Assembly: GCF_018977255.1 (NCBI RefSeq) | Contig: NW_024705460.1 | Span: 1-42,660 of the forward strand | Reading direction: 5' to 3' | DNA: 42,660 nt | Source: Callorhinchus milii | Taxonomy: Eukaryota | Part shown: piece by piece, positions 1-12,061 of the stretch | Layout of the letters: each line of letters opens with the position of its first letter | How positions within the stretch are numbered: position 1 is the first letter of the stretch | Notes under the pieces: model-generated | Databases searched by the model: none | Seen by the model: only the letters and a program-made list of their open reading frames with translations | What the model was told of the DNA's origin: nothing | Program-made: the position numbers and the translations under genes

Positions 1-1243
1 CCCCAGGCTGTATCTGTTACATCTTCATATTTTGCGGTTAGCGCCGCTTCCTGGGCATGGCAGTAACCCCTAACGATCCCTCACCACCCAATATGGGTAC
101 ATCACCTGGGGGGTTGATGCACCTGGGGGGGTGAGTCACCTGGGGGGGGTGGGTCACCTGGGGGGGGTGAGGTCACCTGGGGGGGGGGGGGTAAATCAGC
201 TGGTGAGGGGTGAGTCAGTTGTGGGGGGGGGCTGAGTCAGTGGTGGGTATATCACCTGGGAGGGGTGAGTCAGTTGGGGAGGTTGAGCCAGCTGTTGGTA
301 AATCAGCTGGGGGGGTGGCTCACCCAGCCGTACTTGATCTGGGGGTTCATCACCCCGGGGTGACTCAGCTGTTGACCAGGCTGCGGGAAGGCCACCAGCT
401 GGGGGTGATTGACAGGCGCCTGGTGGAACATCGCCAGGGAGTGATCCCCCTGGGGGGGAGATTGGTCACGGGTTGACTCACTGGGCAGTGAGTCAGCTGG
501 GAGGAGAGTGGGGAGAGAGGGGACAGGGAGAAAATCAACATCTGCCAGTTCGCGAAACAAGTTCAACATGAACACACACTCAGTGTACACTCACTCACCA
601 CCGCACTCACCACCAACCACCACTCACTAACACACTCACTCACCACCGCACTCACCACCGCGCTCCTCACTCACCACCACCACCGCGCTCACTCACCACC
701 ACACTCACCACCGCGCTCACCACCATGTTGTATATATCGGCCTTTTTCCAAAATTGAGATTAAGAATAATTCTGCCAATATTTGTTTTCTTAATAATCAA
801 TCGGGGTGGCAGCATGAGGCACAAACGAACACGCCACAACCACCCTCACCCCTCAGCAGCTGCCTTCCACAAGCCACACCAGGCAGCAAGGAGATAAGCC
901 GAAAAGGTCATTTAAAAAAACCCAAAAACCAAAGAGAAGGGGGGGGTGGTTTGCTAATGAGATTCTGAGGAAATCTCTAGCTGGCTTCGAAGGCCGTCAC
1001 ACAGCACGTGCGTGGCGGCCATGATGGACACCACGCGTCACAACCAGGGGGGGGGAGGGGTGGAACCGGTCCAGACCGGTCGGGCCAACGGCGGTTGGAA
1101 CCCCTCTGAGGGGGGGGGGCTGGGGGAGCTACGATCCCCCAGAGCCCCGCCCCTCAGGGAGAGAGTATATAAGGCGGGTCCCTGAGAGCGCGAGGCAGTC
1201 CGTCTCAAGCCGAAGCCAGAAGCCGCCTGGAGAAGAAGAAGAC

Positions 1244-1500
1244 CTTTCGATGTAAAGCTGCTTCCGTGACTGCAGGGATTCATCTTCTTGGTTCTTTCGG
1301 TAAAGTCACGTAGAAGGGAAATAATAAAATAATAAAAATAAAACATAATAAAATAATTCTCACGACGTTTCGGCCACAACGCAAGCAGCCGTCCTCAGGT
1401 GAAGACCAGGTCTGTCTTCGTGAGAATTATTTTATTATGTTTTATTTTTATTATTTTATTACTTCCCTTCTACGTGATGACTTTACCGAAATAACCAAGA
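1244..1500. mobile_element. Penelope-like fold-back insertion, subfamily A
   Basis: Inverted arms. TSD agaagaagaagac at 1231-1243 and 1501-1513. Hammerhead motif on the minus strand. Confidence 0.75.
1360..1402 (-). ncRNA. Minimal type I hammerhead ribozyme (subfamily A)
   Basis: Core and stems identical to 12795-12837, on the minus strand. Confidence 0.75.
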
Positions 1501-1699
1501 AGAAGAAGAAGACTTGGACCCCAAGCCGCCGACGTCCTTCTGAGGGCCGGGGCTCAGTGCGGTGCCAGTGGTCGTAGGGCGAGGACCCTGAGGTTCCCTC
1601 GGCCTGATGTCTTGTGAGGAAGGCCAGGTCCGGACGGGCCAGTGGTCAGAGACCCACCGGGCCAGCGGTGGGTCAGCCTCCCCTAGGTCTAGCCACCAA

Positions 1700-3260
1700 A
1701 CTCACCACCACACTGACCACACTGACACCACACTCACCACCATACTCACCACCTGCTGCTGTTGGAGCTCTCCTTCTTGTCCTCCTCCTTCACCTCCTTC
1801 ACCTCCTTCACCTCCTTCACGTTCTCCTTCACTTTCTCCTTCACCTCCTCCAGATGCGTCACCTCCTCCCACGTCTCCCCTCTGCACCTGCTGGGGTCTC
1901 CATAGGACCTCATCGATGGTGGCACCACCGTCATCGCCATCATAGCGCCACCAGACGCCCTCCTTGCCAGGCCCACTCCACCCTCCCAAACCAGCCCACA
2001 TCCTGGCCCAATCATGTCCACCTCCTCCTTCAGCTCCACCAGACACATCACCTCCTCCTACATCTCCACCTCCTTCAGCTCCACCAGACACGTCACCTCC
2101 TCCTACAGCTCCACCTCCTACAGCTCCACCAGACACGTCACCTCCCTACAGCTCCACCAGACACGTCACCTCCTCCATCTCCACCTCCTACAGCTCCACC
2201 AGACACGTCACCTCCTCCTACATCTCCCCACTGCACCAGCTGGAGTCTCTGTAGCACGTCATCGATCGTGGCATCACCATCATCATCATAGCCCCACCAC
2301 CACTACCACCACCATTACCACCACCACTACTACCACCACCATCACCACCACCACTACTACCACCACTACTACCACCACCACCACCACTACCACCACCACT
2401 ACCACCACCACTACCACCACCATATCCACCACCACCGCCACCACCGCCGCCACCACCGAAGCCACCACCGCTATAGTTACCGCCGCCATCACCACCTTCG
2501 GAGCGCAAGGCCCCCTCTCCAGCCAGCCCACTCCACCCTTCCAAACCAGCCCACATCCTGGCCCAATCATGTCCACCTCCTCCTTCAGCTCCACCAGACA
2601 TGTCACCTCCTCCTACATCTCCACCTCCTTCAGCTCCACCAGACACGTCACCTCCTCCTACATCTCCACCTCCTACAGCTCCACCAGACACGTCACCTCC
2701 TCCACAGCTCCACCTCCTACAGCTCCACCAGACCCGTCACCTCCTCCACCACCTCCTCCTACATCTCCACCTCCTTCAGCTCCACCAGACATGTCAACTC
2801 CTCCTACATCTCCACCTCCTACAGCTCCACCAGACATGTCACCTCCTCCTACAGCTCCACCTCCTACAGCTCCACCAGAGCCGTCACCTCCTCCACTCCT
2901 CCTACATCTCCACCTCCTTCAGCTCCACCAGACACGTCACCTCCTCCTACATCTCCCCACTGCACCAGCTGGAGTCTCTGTAGCACGTCATCGATCGTGG
3001 GATCATCACCATCATCATCATAGCCACCACCACCGCCCACCACCACTACCACCACCACCGCCGCCATAGCCACTACCATTACCACCACCACTACCACCAC
3101 CACCGCCACCACCACCACTACCACCACCACCGCCACCACCACCGTAGCCACCACCGTAGCCACCACCGCTATAGTTACCGCCGCCATCACCATCATAGGA
3201 GCGCAAGGCCCCTCTCCGGCAAGCCCACGCCACCCTCCCCAACCCGCCCACATCGTGGCC
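1700..3260. repeat. Nested tandem repeats: 18/36-bp units and (CAC)n tracts within three larger degenerate units
   Basis: cagctccaccagacacgtcacctcctcctacatctccac is repeated. cccacatcctggccca and tcatcgat(c)gtgg each recur three times. Confidence 0.85.
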
Positions 3261-3409
3261 CAGGCACCTTCACCACCTCCTCCCCTCCTCTCTGAGGGTC
3301 GCCACCTCCAGCCCCCCTCATCTCCTGCACTGCCTCCACCTCCTCCTCCACCTCCTCCATCTCGTCGTGAGGGGCACCTGGCAGAGAGACAGAGAGGTGA
3401 GGAAGTCAG

Positions 3410-3840
3410 GAGGTCAGGAGAAGGGGGGAGGTGGGGGGAGGTGGGGGAAGTGGGGGAGGGGGGGGAGGTGGGGGGAGGGGGGGGAGGTGAGGAAGGGTGG
3501 TGAGGGGGGAGGAGGTGGGGGGAAGTGGGGGGGGGGGTGGGGGAGGGGGGGGAGGGGGGGAAGGGGGGAGGGGGGGGAGGTGAGGAAGGGTGGTGGGGGA
3601 GGTGAGGAAAGGTGGGGGGTGGGGGGGGGAGGTGGGGGTGGGGGGGAGGTGGGGGGTGAGGAAGGGGGGGGGGGGGGGGGGGGTGGTGGAGGGGGGGGGA
3701 GGTGGGGGGAGGGGGGAGGTGGGGGAGGTGGAGGGTGATGGGGGAGGTGGGGGAGGTGAGGAAAGGTGGGGGGGTGGGGGTGGTGGGGGAGGTGGGGGGA
3801 GGGGGGAGGTGGGGGGTGGGGGGAGGTGGGGGGAGGTGCG
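3410..3840 (+). repeat. G-rich low-complexity tract (GGGGGAGGT-like)
   Basis: Almost exclusively G runs separated by A or T. Confidence 0.9.
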
Positions 3841-3871
3841 CACAGTGAGAATAGCTACACGCGGTTCCTCA

Positions 3872-4338
3872 CAAAGACAAAGATCCCCCGTGTAGCTTCT
3901 GACAGACTGTTGGGCAAGTGCACACTCCCTACAAGAAAGATACTCAAACAACAACAACAAGAGACACACACTTCAAACATATAGCAGCAGCTACAGCAGC
4001 AGCAGCCGTCGTCAGGGTCAGGATCAGACTGCAGGGGCAAGTGCTGTGAGTAGCGAGTAGCAGCAGCAGCAGGAGCTGTGAAGGCTACCGGCGCTTTGGC
4101 TACACACGAGGGGGTGGGTGGCCAGCACCACGCCCGGCCGCCTTTGTCTCCCCAGTGCTAGCGATGTTCACTACTACACACCGCACCAGGTACTCAGTTG
4201 AGGCTCAGTCGACCTAGGGGAGGCCCAGGACCGGTTTCCGATAATCGCCACTGACGGTGTTGGCCGTGAGCGGGAATCGAACCCGGGTCGCCAGGTTCGT
4301 AGCGCGACGCAGCGCTGACCACTCCAACCACCGCTCCC
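3872..4338 (-). mobile_element. tRNA-derived SINE (family S), interrupted
   Basis: Minus-strand head with A box (ggagtggtcag) and B box (ggttcgattcc), body ctaggtcgactgagcctc, tail acacgggggatctttgtctttg. Confidence 0.75.
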
Positions 4339-4459
4339 CGCACAACACAATCGATAATCGATACATAGAATCGATCATTGATTGATAGAATCGCCCCCCT
4401 TTGTTGAACGGTAGAAGAATCGATTTATGTTTAAAACCAATCGAGCATGATTACTAGTA

Positions 4460-4905
4460 CAGTGAAACGTTGGATTGCGAGCATAATCCAAGGCAACTCG
4501 TGTATCAAAGCGAACTTCCCCATGAGACATCATGGGAACTCAAGACGATTCGTTTCACAACCCAAAAAATATTCGTATAAAAAATCATGAATTACAAAGT
4601 ACCGTACCTTTTTTAAAATTTGTATTTAAATGTAATGTAAAGTAATCAAATTTGTCCATTAAATGTAATCGTGGAGATGAGAGAGAGGAGATGAGTGGAG
4701 GAGGAGGATGGTGATTGTGTAGGACTACTTTCACTGTCACTAACGGAGCCACTGCCATCTCTGAGCTCACTGGGATCTGTCTGTGCCACTTTAACAATGA
4801 AACTTCTCCTATTGCAAGACCTCGCTGGTTGATCAATATATTTGTTTTAATTGCTTATCTTGCAAAACACTCGAGACCAAGTTAATCGCAATCCAGGGTT
4901 CACTG
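4460..4905. mobile_element. Non-autonomous Tc1/mariner-superfamily (Tigger-like) DNA transposon
   Basis: TA|CAGTGAAACGTTGGATTGCGA ... TCGCAATCCAGGGTTCACTG|CA forms imperfect TIRs, with TA on the left flank. Confidence 0.68.
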
Positions 4906-4950
4906 CACGTAGGCCTCGGCAAGGTAAGGTAAAAGTTAAAAGGTAAAAAT

Positions 4951-5263
4951 TAACCCGTAAAACAAAGTTTTTCACTCTAAATCCTTTATATGCGTGGCAT
5001 CGTTTTTATTACATTTGTTTTCTGATAAGAGTTTCATTTTTATCACATTGGTATTTTAAATTAAATATGAAAAAAAAATTCCTAAAAAGTGGAAAATTTC
5101 TGGAAAAATTTCACGAAAATAAATTGTCACGCACAACGAGTCTGCGTGCAAAATGTCAGCTCGATTAGATCACGGGAAGTGGGTTAAAAAACGACCGAAA
5201 GATTTGCACGGTCGTAAGCCCGCAAGCTAGCAAAGCAAGTGAACTTAATATAAAGGATTTAAA
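4951..5263 (-). mobile_element. DINE-1/HINE-like (Helentron-derived) non-autonomous element
   Basis: Asymmetric inverted repeat taaatcctttatat/atataaaggattta, (GCAA)n microsatellite and a terminal AAAAC..GTTTT hairpin. Homologous to 12062-12408 and 17534-17866. Confidence 0.6.
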
Positions 5264-5969
5264 AGCAACGAGCCTACCTTTACCCCACCTTTTACCCTTA
5301 GCCCATACAAATGACCCGATTACAGGGTAATCACTGGGGTACTACTACACATCAACAGGGTTTATAACGGTAAATGCTGTAAGGTAGAGCGCTTTACTCA
5401 TATAGAATACTCTCAATTATTCCAATGTTACACGCTTTCTTTAAACTCACTCTGTTGTTGTTGTATCCTCAAATCTTGTAACTCAATTTTAACCCACTTC
5501 CCAATGTGATATCGACTGCAAACTTGGTATAGTTGTGTCATACTGATGACAACACGATATTCTATCATTGAAAATAAAAAAAACTATTTTTAAACATTAT
5601 TTTCTACACGTTATGTTTCGGCTTGGGTCTAATTGTCCACGCTCAACTGACGTTGGCTGTAATTGGCCACGGTCCCTTACGTTGGGGAGTTCTGCCATTA
5701 CGAGTAGTACATTTAATAAAAGCTGTTTAAAAAAAAGTTTCTACAAATATTACTTATTATACGGAGGCCACAGACTGCGCCACGGAGCTTCTAGCGCTAA
5801 ACAAGGAGCCGTGTTTACCGTGTAACACTTCACGCAACCTTTACCCTACCGGTAACTCTTCCTAGCGACCTTTACCCTGCACACTTGACCTTTACCCCTT
5901 GGCATGTCGACATCTTTACCCTTTACCTTGACCCCTTGTACCCGTAACAAGGGTAAATTACCTTACCTT

Positions 5970-6371
5970 ATTCTTAGGTTTTTTCGGTAAAGTCACCAGG
6001 TAGGTAAAAACATTAAAAAATAAAATAAAAAATCACGACGTTTCGGAGGCAACACAAGCTTCCGTCTTCAGGTGGAACCGTCACAGCCACGACAGCTGTA
6101 TCAAGTAAATGAGAGATTGCAGGAGCTACCACTCCGTTTATATAACCATTATATAACCATTATATAAACGGAGTGGTAGCTCCTGCAATCTCTCATTTAC
6201 TTGATACAGCTGTCGTGGCTGTGACGGTACCACCTGAAAACGGAAGCTTGTGTTGCCTCCGAAACGTCGTGATTTTTATTTTATTTTACTTTTTAATGTT
6301 TTTACCTACGTGACTTTATCGAAAAAACCTAAGAATATTAATCATTGCAGTCACGAAAGCTTCAAATCTAG
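5970..6371. mobile_element. Penelope-like fold-back insertion, subfamily B (long near-perfect palindrome)
   Basis: Arms ~5970-6144 and ~6159-6335. TSD aattaccttacctt at 5956-5969 and 6372-6385. Confidence 0.8.
6034..6074 (-). ncRNA. Minimal type I hammerhead ribozyme (subfamily B)
   Basis: CAC-CUGAAGA-C-GGAAGC uuguguu GCCUCC-GAAA-CGUC/GUG. The mirror copy at 6231-6271 (+) carries a core mutation (CUGAAAA). Confidence 0.7.
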
Positions 6372-6869
6372 AATTACCTTACCTTGCCTAGGCCTACTGC
6401 ACGTGCTGCTTGACAGCCCTGTACGTGCACCTACTCTACTCGGTGAAGTCACGTGGGTCAACATAAAGTAACAACAACTTCACAGAATAACACCACCGAT
6501 TGTGGATACTCGCAGTGACGAAAACTACACATCTAGAGACACGTGCCACATCTATAGACACGTCTTCTTCTTCTAGAGATACGCGCACCTAGCCTGGCAC
6601 CTACAGCTGATCTCTCCAGCAGCAGCAGCAGCCTGTACCTGCGTGTGGCGCTGAGAGAGACAAAGGCGGCCGGGCGGGAGTTGTATCTGTGGGTCACCCT
6701 CCGTGGATGTAGCAACAGCTGGAGCAGTAGCACGTGTTTTGCAACACGTGCTGTGCACCACGTGCTCTCAGCTACTCGCCTCCAGCTCGAAGCCACTCCC
6801 CCTCCAGCTCTAAGCCACTCCCCCTCCAGCTCTAAGCCAATCACCACCGACCCACCCACTCGTTGAAGA

Positions 6870-7642
6870 TTGCTGCTGCTACTGCTGCTACTTGTGCTGC
6901 AACTGCAGAAGCAGCAGCAGCAGCAGCAGCTGCAGAAGCAGCAGTAGCAGTAACAGCAGCTGCAGCAGCAGCTGCAGAAGCAGCAGTAGTAGCAGCAGCA
7001 GCAACAGCAGCAGCTGCAGCAGCAGCGACAGCAGCAGCAGCTGCAGCAGCAGTAGCAGTAACAGCAGCTGCAGCAGCAGCTGCAGCAGTAGCAGCAGTAG
7101 CAGCAGCTGCAGCAGCAGTAGCAGCAGCTGCAGCAGCAGTAGCAGCAGCAGTAGCAGCAGTAGCAGCAGCTGCAGCAGCAGTAGCAGCAGCTGCAGCAGC
7201 AGTAGCAGCAGCTGCAGCAGCAGTAGCAGCAGTAGCAGCAGCTGCAGCAGCAGTAGCAGCAGCTGCAGCAGCAGTAGCAGCAGCTGCAGCAGCAGTAGCA
7301 GCAGCTGCAGCAGCAGTAGCTGCAGCAGCAGTAGCAGCAGCAGCAGTAGCAGCAGCTGCAGCAGCAGTAGCAGCAGCTGCAGCAGCAGTAGCAGCAGCTG
7401 CAGCAGCAGTAGCAGCAGTAGCAGCAGCAGTAGCAGCTGCAGCAGCAGTAGCAGCTGCAGCAGTAGCAGCTGCAGCAGCAGTAACAACAGCAGCTGCAGT
7501 AGTAGCAGCAGCAGCTGCAGCAGCAGTAACAACAGCAGCAGCTGCAGTAGTAGCAGCAGTAGCAGCTGCAGCAGCTGCAACAGCAGTAGCAGCAGCTGCA
7601 GCAGCAGTAACAACAGCAGCAGCAGTAGCAGCTGCAGCAGCG
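6870..7642 (+). repeat. Imperfect (GCA)n trinucleotide array with GTA/GCT variants, ~770 bp
   Basis: Directly visible. It explains the poly-Ala, poly-Ser and poly-Leu ORFs. Confidence 0.95.
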
Positions 7643-8829
7643 GCTCTATCTCCTATACGTCAGCAGTCCTCCTGCTGCTGCTGCTGTCCCGCACCTGATG
7701 ACGATGGCTCGCGTGGCGATGGAAACGTCGTGATCTACGGCTTTGTCTACCTGCGTGACTTGAACGAGAGAATCGCCGAGTGCCGTGACCCAGTGGCGGC
7801 TCCTGCAAAATCTCTCAGGGGGGCAAATGTCTGGATGATTGATAAGGATAAGGTCCACCCATGCAATGGATACATTTTAATATTAATGAAAAATAAAGTG
7901 ACTCTTACAATACATCTTGTTTGTTTCTATACTCACTATTATTATAATCCACTCAGTTTCTTTTATTAAAGATTCCACTAGGTGGCGACAAATAATATTG
8001 TTGACTGAAACGTGCTTACGTGTGATGACGTAAGCACGTTAGGGCGAGCCCTCCCGGAAGCCGTAGAGAATGCATTGCAGCGCCCCCGTTCGAAAAAAAA
8101 CATCTTTGAATGTAAGTCTATGGGAACACTCGGGGCGATTCTCAGCCGGAGTGAAATCGCCCAAAAAGAGGCGATACTCCACAGAATGTGACATGACGCT
8201 GATTGGACTATATCCAGAGGCACAGTGACGGCTAGCGTGACTCTGGTTGAATGACATTGGTGGTGCGTCGCCCAATCGCCCTAATGAAGAAACCGCCCCT
8301 GCTTAAAGCTATTGCTCACGCGTGATATCGTGCAGAGATCTCAAGGCCGCACTGGGGTGACAACAGGCCAGGCTATAAGCTGCCTCAAGACTTTCACCAC
8401 ATGGAGAGGTTGCATTGGTCATTTATTTATTCAAGCCTTCTTTAACGCTGCACAATTATTGCTGCGAGCACACATTGGGCCGACGTTGGAATACCGACGT
8501 TGTCTGGGATGGAGTGTCCATTTCTTACCTCGCTGCCCTTGGTAGAATTCGACGTAAGCGGCGAGGTTGATTGATGATTGAGCGCTCACCAGATCACTCC
8601 AGTAGCTCGTGTGCAGGCCGTCGGTCACCCCCTTACCACTGTTTGATCGCCACCAAGGTTCCTGTTCCCATGAACTTCACGCACCTATTCCTCCACCCAT
8701 GCTGTGTGGAACCACCTCAATGCAGGTCAAACGCAAATAATGAATTCTGGCTAGACAGGGACGTTCTTAAGCCAAAGCGTAATTCTCTAACCTCGGGATA
8801 TCAGATAACTCGAGAACAAACAGCACAAA

Positions 8830-9114
8830 TTCTACATTTGAAGCTTTCGTGACTGCAAGGATTCATATTCTTAGGTTTTTTCGGTAAAGTCACGTAGGTA
8901 AAACATTAAAATTAATAAAAGTAAAATAAAATAAAAAATCACGACGTTTCGGAAGCAACACAAGCTTCCGTCTTCAGGTGGAACCGTCACAGCCCGACAG
9001 CTGTATCAAGTAAAAAAAAAAGACGGAAGCTTGTGTTGCTTCCGAAACGTCGTGATTTTTATTTTATTTTACTTTTATTAATTTTAATGTTTTACCTACG
9101 TGACTTTACCGAAA
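8830..9114. mobile_element. Penelope-like fold-back insertion, subfamily B
   Basis: Inverted arms. TSD aaacagcacaaa at 8818-8829 and 9115-9126. Confidence 0.78.
8940..8980 (-). ncRNA. Minimal type I hammerhead ribozyme (subfamily B)
   Basis: Intact core with a perfect stem II, GGAAGC:GCUUCC. Confidence 0.73.
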
Positions 9115-9295
9115 AAACAGCACAAACCCTGGATACAGGCGGGGGAACGAAGGTTAATAAAACCTTATGAATATACGTGGTAATGACAATGCTCAATCAC
9201 AAATCTTGAACAAACACAAGCCAAATAATAATTATGAAGTATTAGACCAAGGGTCATCCAGAAGAATAAAAGGTGAAATAAGTCAATCATACCTA

Positions 9296-9493
9296 CATTT
9301 CGATGTAAAGCTTCTTTCGTGACTGCAGGGATTCATCTTCTTGGTTCTTTCGGTAAAGTCACGTAGAAGGGAAGTAATAAAATAATAAAATAAAAATTAA
9401 AAAATTAAAAAAGTGAGAATTATTTTATTATGTTTTATTTTTATTATTTTATTACTTCCCTTCTACGTGACTTTACCGAAAGAACCAAGAAGA
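9296..9493. mobile_element. Penelope-like fold-back insertion, subfamily A (ribozyme portion absent)
   Basis: Inverted arms. TSD tcaatcataccta at 9283-9295 and 9494-9506. Confidence 0.75.
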
Positions 9494-9686
9494 TCAATCA
9501 TACCTAACCAAGATGTAATGTATTCCATAGGAAAAGAGCCTCCTAGCCGCCTTTGTCTTCCCGCAGCATGTGATAGCAAATAATGTAACACCCAAGGCGA
9601 GGAAAGAGGGGGGGGGAGCGGGTGAAGTGGCTCTCACAGAAAGTTTTATTGCAGTTTGGGCATCTGTTTTCCACGGATGAAAAGAT

Positions 9687-9913
9687 TCTAGATTTGAAGC
9701 TTTCGTGACTGCAAGGATTCATATTCTTAGGGTTTTTCGGTAAAGTCACCGTGTAGGTAAAACATTAAAATTAAAAAAAGTAAAATAAAATAAAAATCAC
9801 GACGTTTCAGAGGCAACACAAGCTTCCGTCTTCAGGTGGAACCGTCACAGCCACGACAGCTGTATCAAGTAATGTTTTACCTACGTGACTTTACCGAAAA
9901 AACCTAAGAATAA
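9687..9913. mobile_element. Penelope-like fold-back insertion, subfamily B
   Basis: Short inverted right arm. TSD ggatgaaaagat at 9675-9686 and 9914-9925. Confidence 0.75.
9798..9838 (-). ncRNA. Minimal type I hammerhead ribozyme (subfamily B)
   Basis: Intact core. The base of stem II is changed to a G-U pair. Confidence 0.6.
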
Positions 9914-10166
9914 GGATGAAAAGATGGCTTGGGGAAGGAGACTGAACAGATGGCTTAACGAATCAGAACACACACGGACACACGTCCAACTTCCCCCACA
10001 GCAAAGCGACGTCAAAGGAAATTCCGGTCCTTTGTGAGAAAGGCAGAGCCGAGGAGGCTGAATTTTCATTTAAGCACGGACACAGTTCAAGCTGTTCAGT
10101 CTTGCGAGGGAGCAGGCACCAACATCAACCATCAGTGTCTCTCGTAGAGAAGAGAAGGGACAATGT

Positions 10167-10376
10167 CTTCTTGGTTCTTTCGGTAAAGTCACGTAGAAGG
10201 GAAGTAATAAAATAATAAAAATAAAACATAATAAAATCAAATAATTCTCACGACGTTTCAGCCACAACGCAAGCAGCCGTCTTCTTCACCTTTTTTTATA
10301 CTTCCCTTCTACGTGACTTTACCGAAAGAACCAAGAAATGAATCCCTGCAGTCACGAAAGCTTTAAATCGAAATTT
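10167..10376. mobile_element. Penelope-like fold-back insertion, subfamily A
   Basis: Inverted arms. TSD aagggacaatgt at 10155-10166 and 10377-10388. The hammerhead core is truncated. Confidence 0.75.
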
Positions 10377-10439
10377 AAGGGACAATGTGTTGTTAAGAGC
10401 TGAGTTCGGCATGGGCCGACAGAGTATCGCTGAAAGTTT

Positions 10440-11700
10440 TATTCTACACTAGCGGTAAGTACCCGGCGTTGCTCAAAGGCAGGCACACACATGTTTCGCA
10501 AGCGTAGAGAAGGGAGGGAATACCGTGGCCGAGAAGACCTGGAGCTTCATGCGGAGCGAGAGACCAGGTAGCTTCCACACAGCGTAACGCAGCCGATGAA
10601 AAGATAATGGCGCTTGACTGATTTGGAGTGAGACCTCTGCTGATAAACCGGAGCTGGTCATGAGCACACTGCCCAGGTATGGGAATCTCGGCAATCTCTC
10701 CACAACTGCCCCATCACCAATTGGGAGTTGTGGGTGTGGATTCTTCGATGGTACAAAATACCCAGGCAGGTGCTTAGTTTTGGTGGGGGTGATGGTAAGG
10801 CCCCACCTCTTAGTGGCAAGCTCCAGGTTCAGCAGCAGTGAGCAGCAATCACCAGAGCATCGGCATACATAACATGGTTGAGCAATAGGGAGGCATCCCT
10901 TGATCGCACCCGGGCATTGATCAGCCTCCCATTATATCTGTACGAAATGGAGATTCCCCCAGGTACAGCTATTGAAGGCATCACGAACTACGTGGTCAAA
11001 ATAGATGTTAAATAATGAGGACATCCCTGTCGAACCCCAAGGTGTACAGGGAAAGGCTCTGACTCCTGGCCACGTAGTTTAACCCGGGCCCGCTCACCAT
11101 CATGAAGGCCCTTAATGATCGTGAGCAGAGGGTCATGGACTTCGAAAGCACGAAGAACAACCCAGAGTCCAGTCCTACTGATGGTATCATAGGCCTTGAC
11201 CAGGTCAATAAAGCAGAGATGTAGGTCTTGTTGAAATTCCCTACACCTCTGCTGTAGCAGACAGACAGAAAATATGGCATCTGTGCAGGACCGCCCTTTC
11301 CTGAAACCGCATTGGGGCTCCGCAAGCCTCTCTTCAGCGTGCCTAGCAAGGCGATGTTGAATAACCCTTGCCAGGACCTTTCCCGACACACTGAGGAGTG
11401 AGATGCCCCTGTAGTTGTTACAGTCTGTGCGGTCCCCCTTCTTAAAGAGGGGGACCACCAGGGCATCCTTCCAATCCTGCGGAACCCATCCAGCGGTCCA
11501 GACTGTTGTTATGATGTCATATAGGGCAGTCTGTGCACAAATGCCACCCTCCCTCAGCATTTCTCTTGGGAGATCATCTCTGCCCAGTGCCTTTCCTGGT
11601 CTCAAACTCCGGATCACCTTCAGTACTTCCTCAACAGATGGCACCTCAGCCAGCCACTCACAGGGGGTGACCTCTTCCAATATTTAAGACACCGCAGCCT
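10440..11700 (-). mobile_element. RTE-clade LINE reverse transcriptase fragment
   Basis: ORF 10988-11680 contains KKGDRTDCNNYRGISLLSVSGKVLAR..EPQCGFRKGRSCTDAIF..FIDLVKAYD..GVRQGC. Downstream FPYLGS..KLQVFSATV. Confidence 0.9.
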
Positions 11701-11707
11701 CAGCTGG

Positions 11708-11869
11708 AAGAACCAAGAAGAACAACAACAGTTATAGCAAAGTCTTTTTTTTTTCGATTTATATTATGTATTATGTTGCATTTTTATTATTTTATTATTT
11801 CCATTCTACGTGACTTTACTGAAAGAACCAAGAAGATGAATCCCTGCAGTCACGAAAGCTTTAAATCGG
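11708..11869 (+). mobile_element. Rearranged Penelope-like subfamily A fragments
   Basis: aagaaccaagaag at 11708-11720, and a 3' arm at ~11770-11869 ending gaaagctttaaatcgg. Confidence 0.65.
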
Positions 11870-12061
11870 AACTGTTGTTGTGTTGAACTTAAAAATTAGA
11901 ATCATTCTTTCAACGTGAATTGCCTAATTAACATTTTTAGAAGTTCGTATTAGAAACCGCTGCTGCAACGCCACGCGGTCTGATTTGTGCCTCGGGGAGG
12001 TCTCGAGACCTTTTACCATGGGGTACATATATTGCAGAACTGATGGACAACCTAAAGTGCA

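Noticed and set aside
6863..7969. 368-aa poly-Ala ORF and overlapping poly-Ser/poly-Leu ORFs
   Set aside because: By-products of a trinucleotide array, with no recognisable domain.
7791..8301. Possible hAT-like element (CAGTGGCGG...CCGCCCCTG)
   Set aside because: The TIR match is short and imperfect, and there is no 8-bp TSD.
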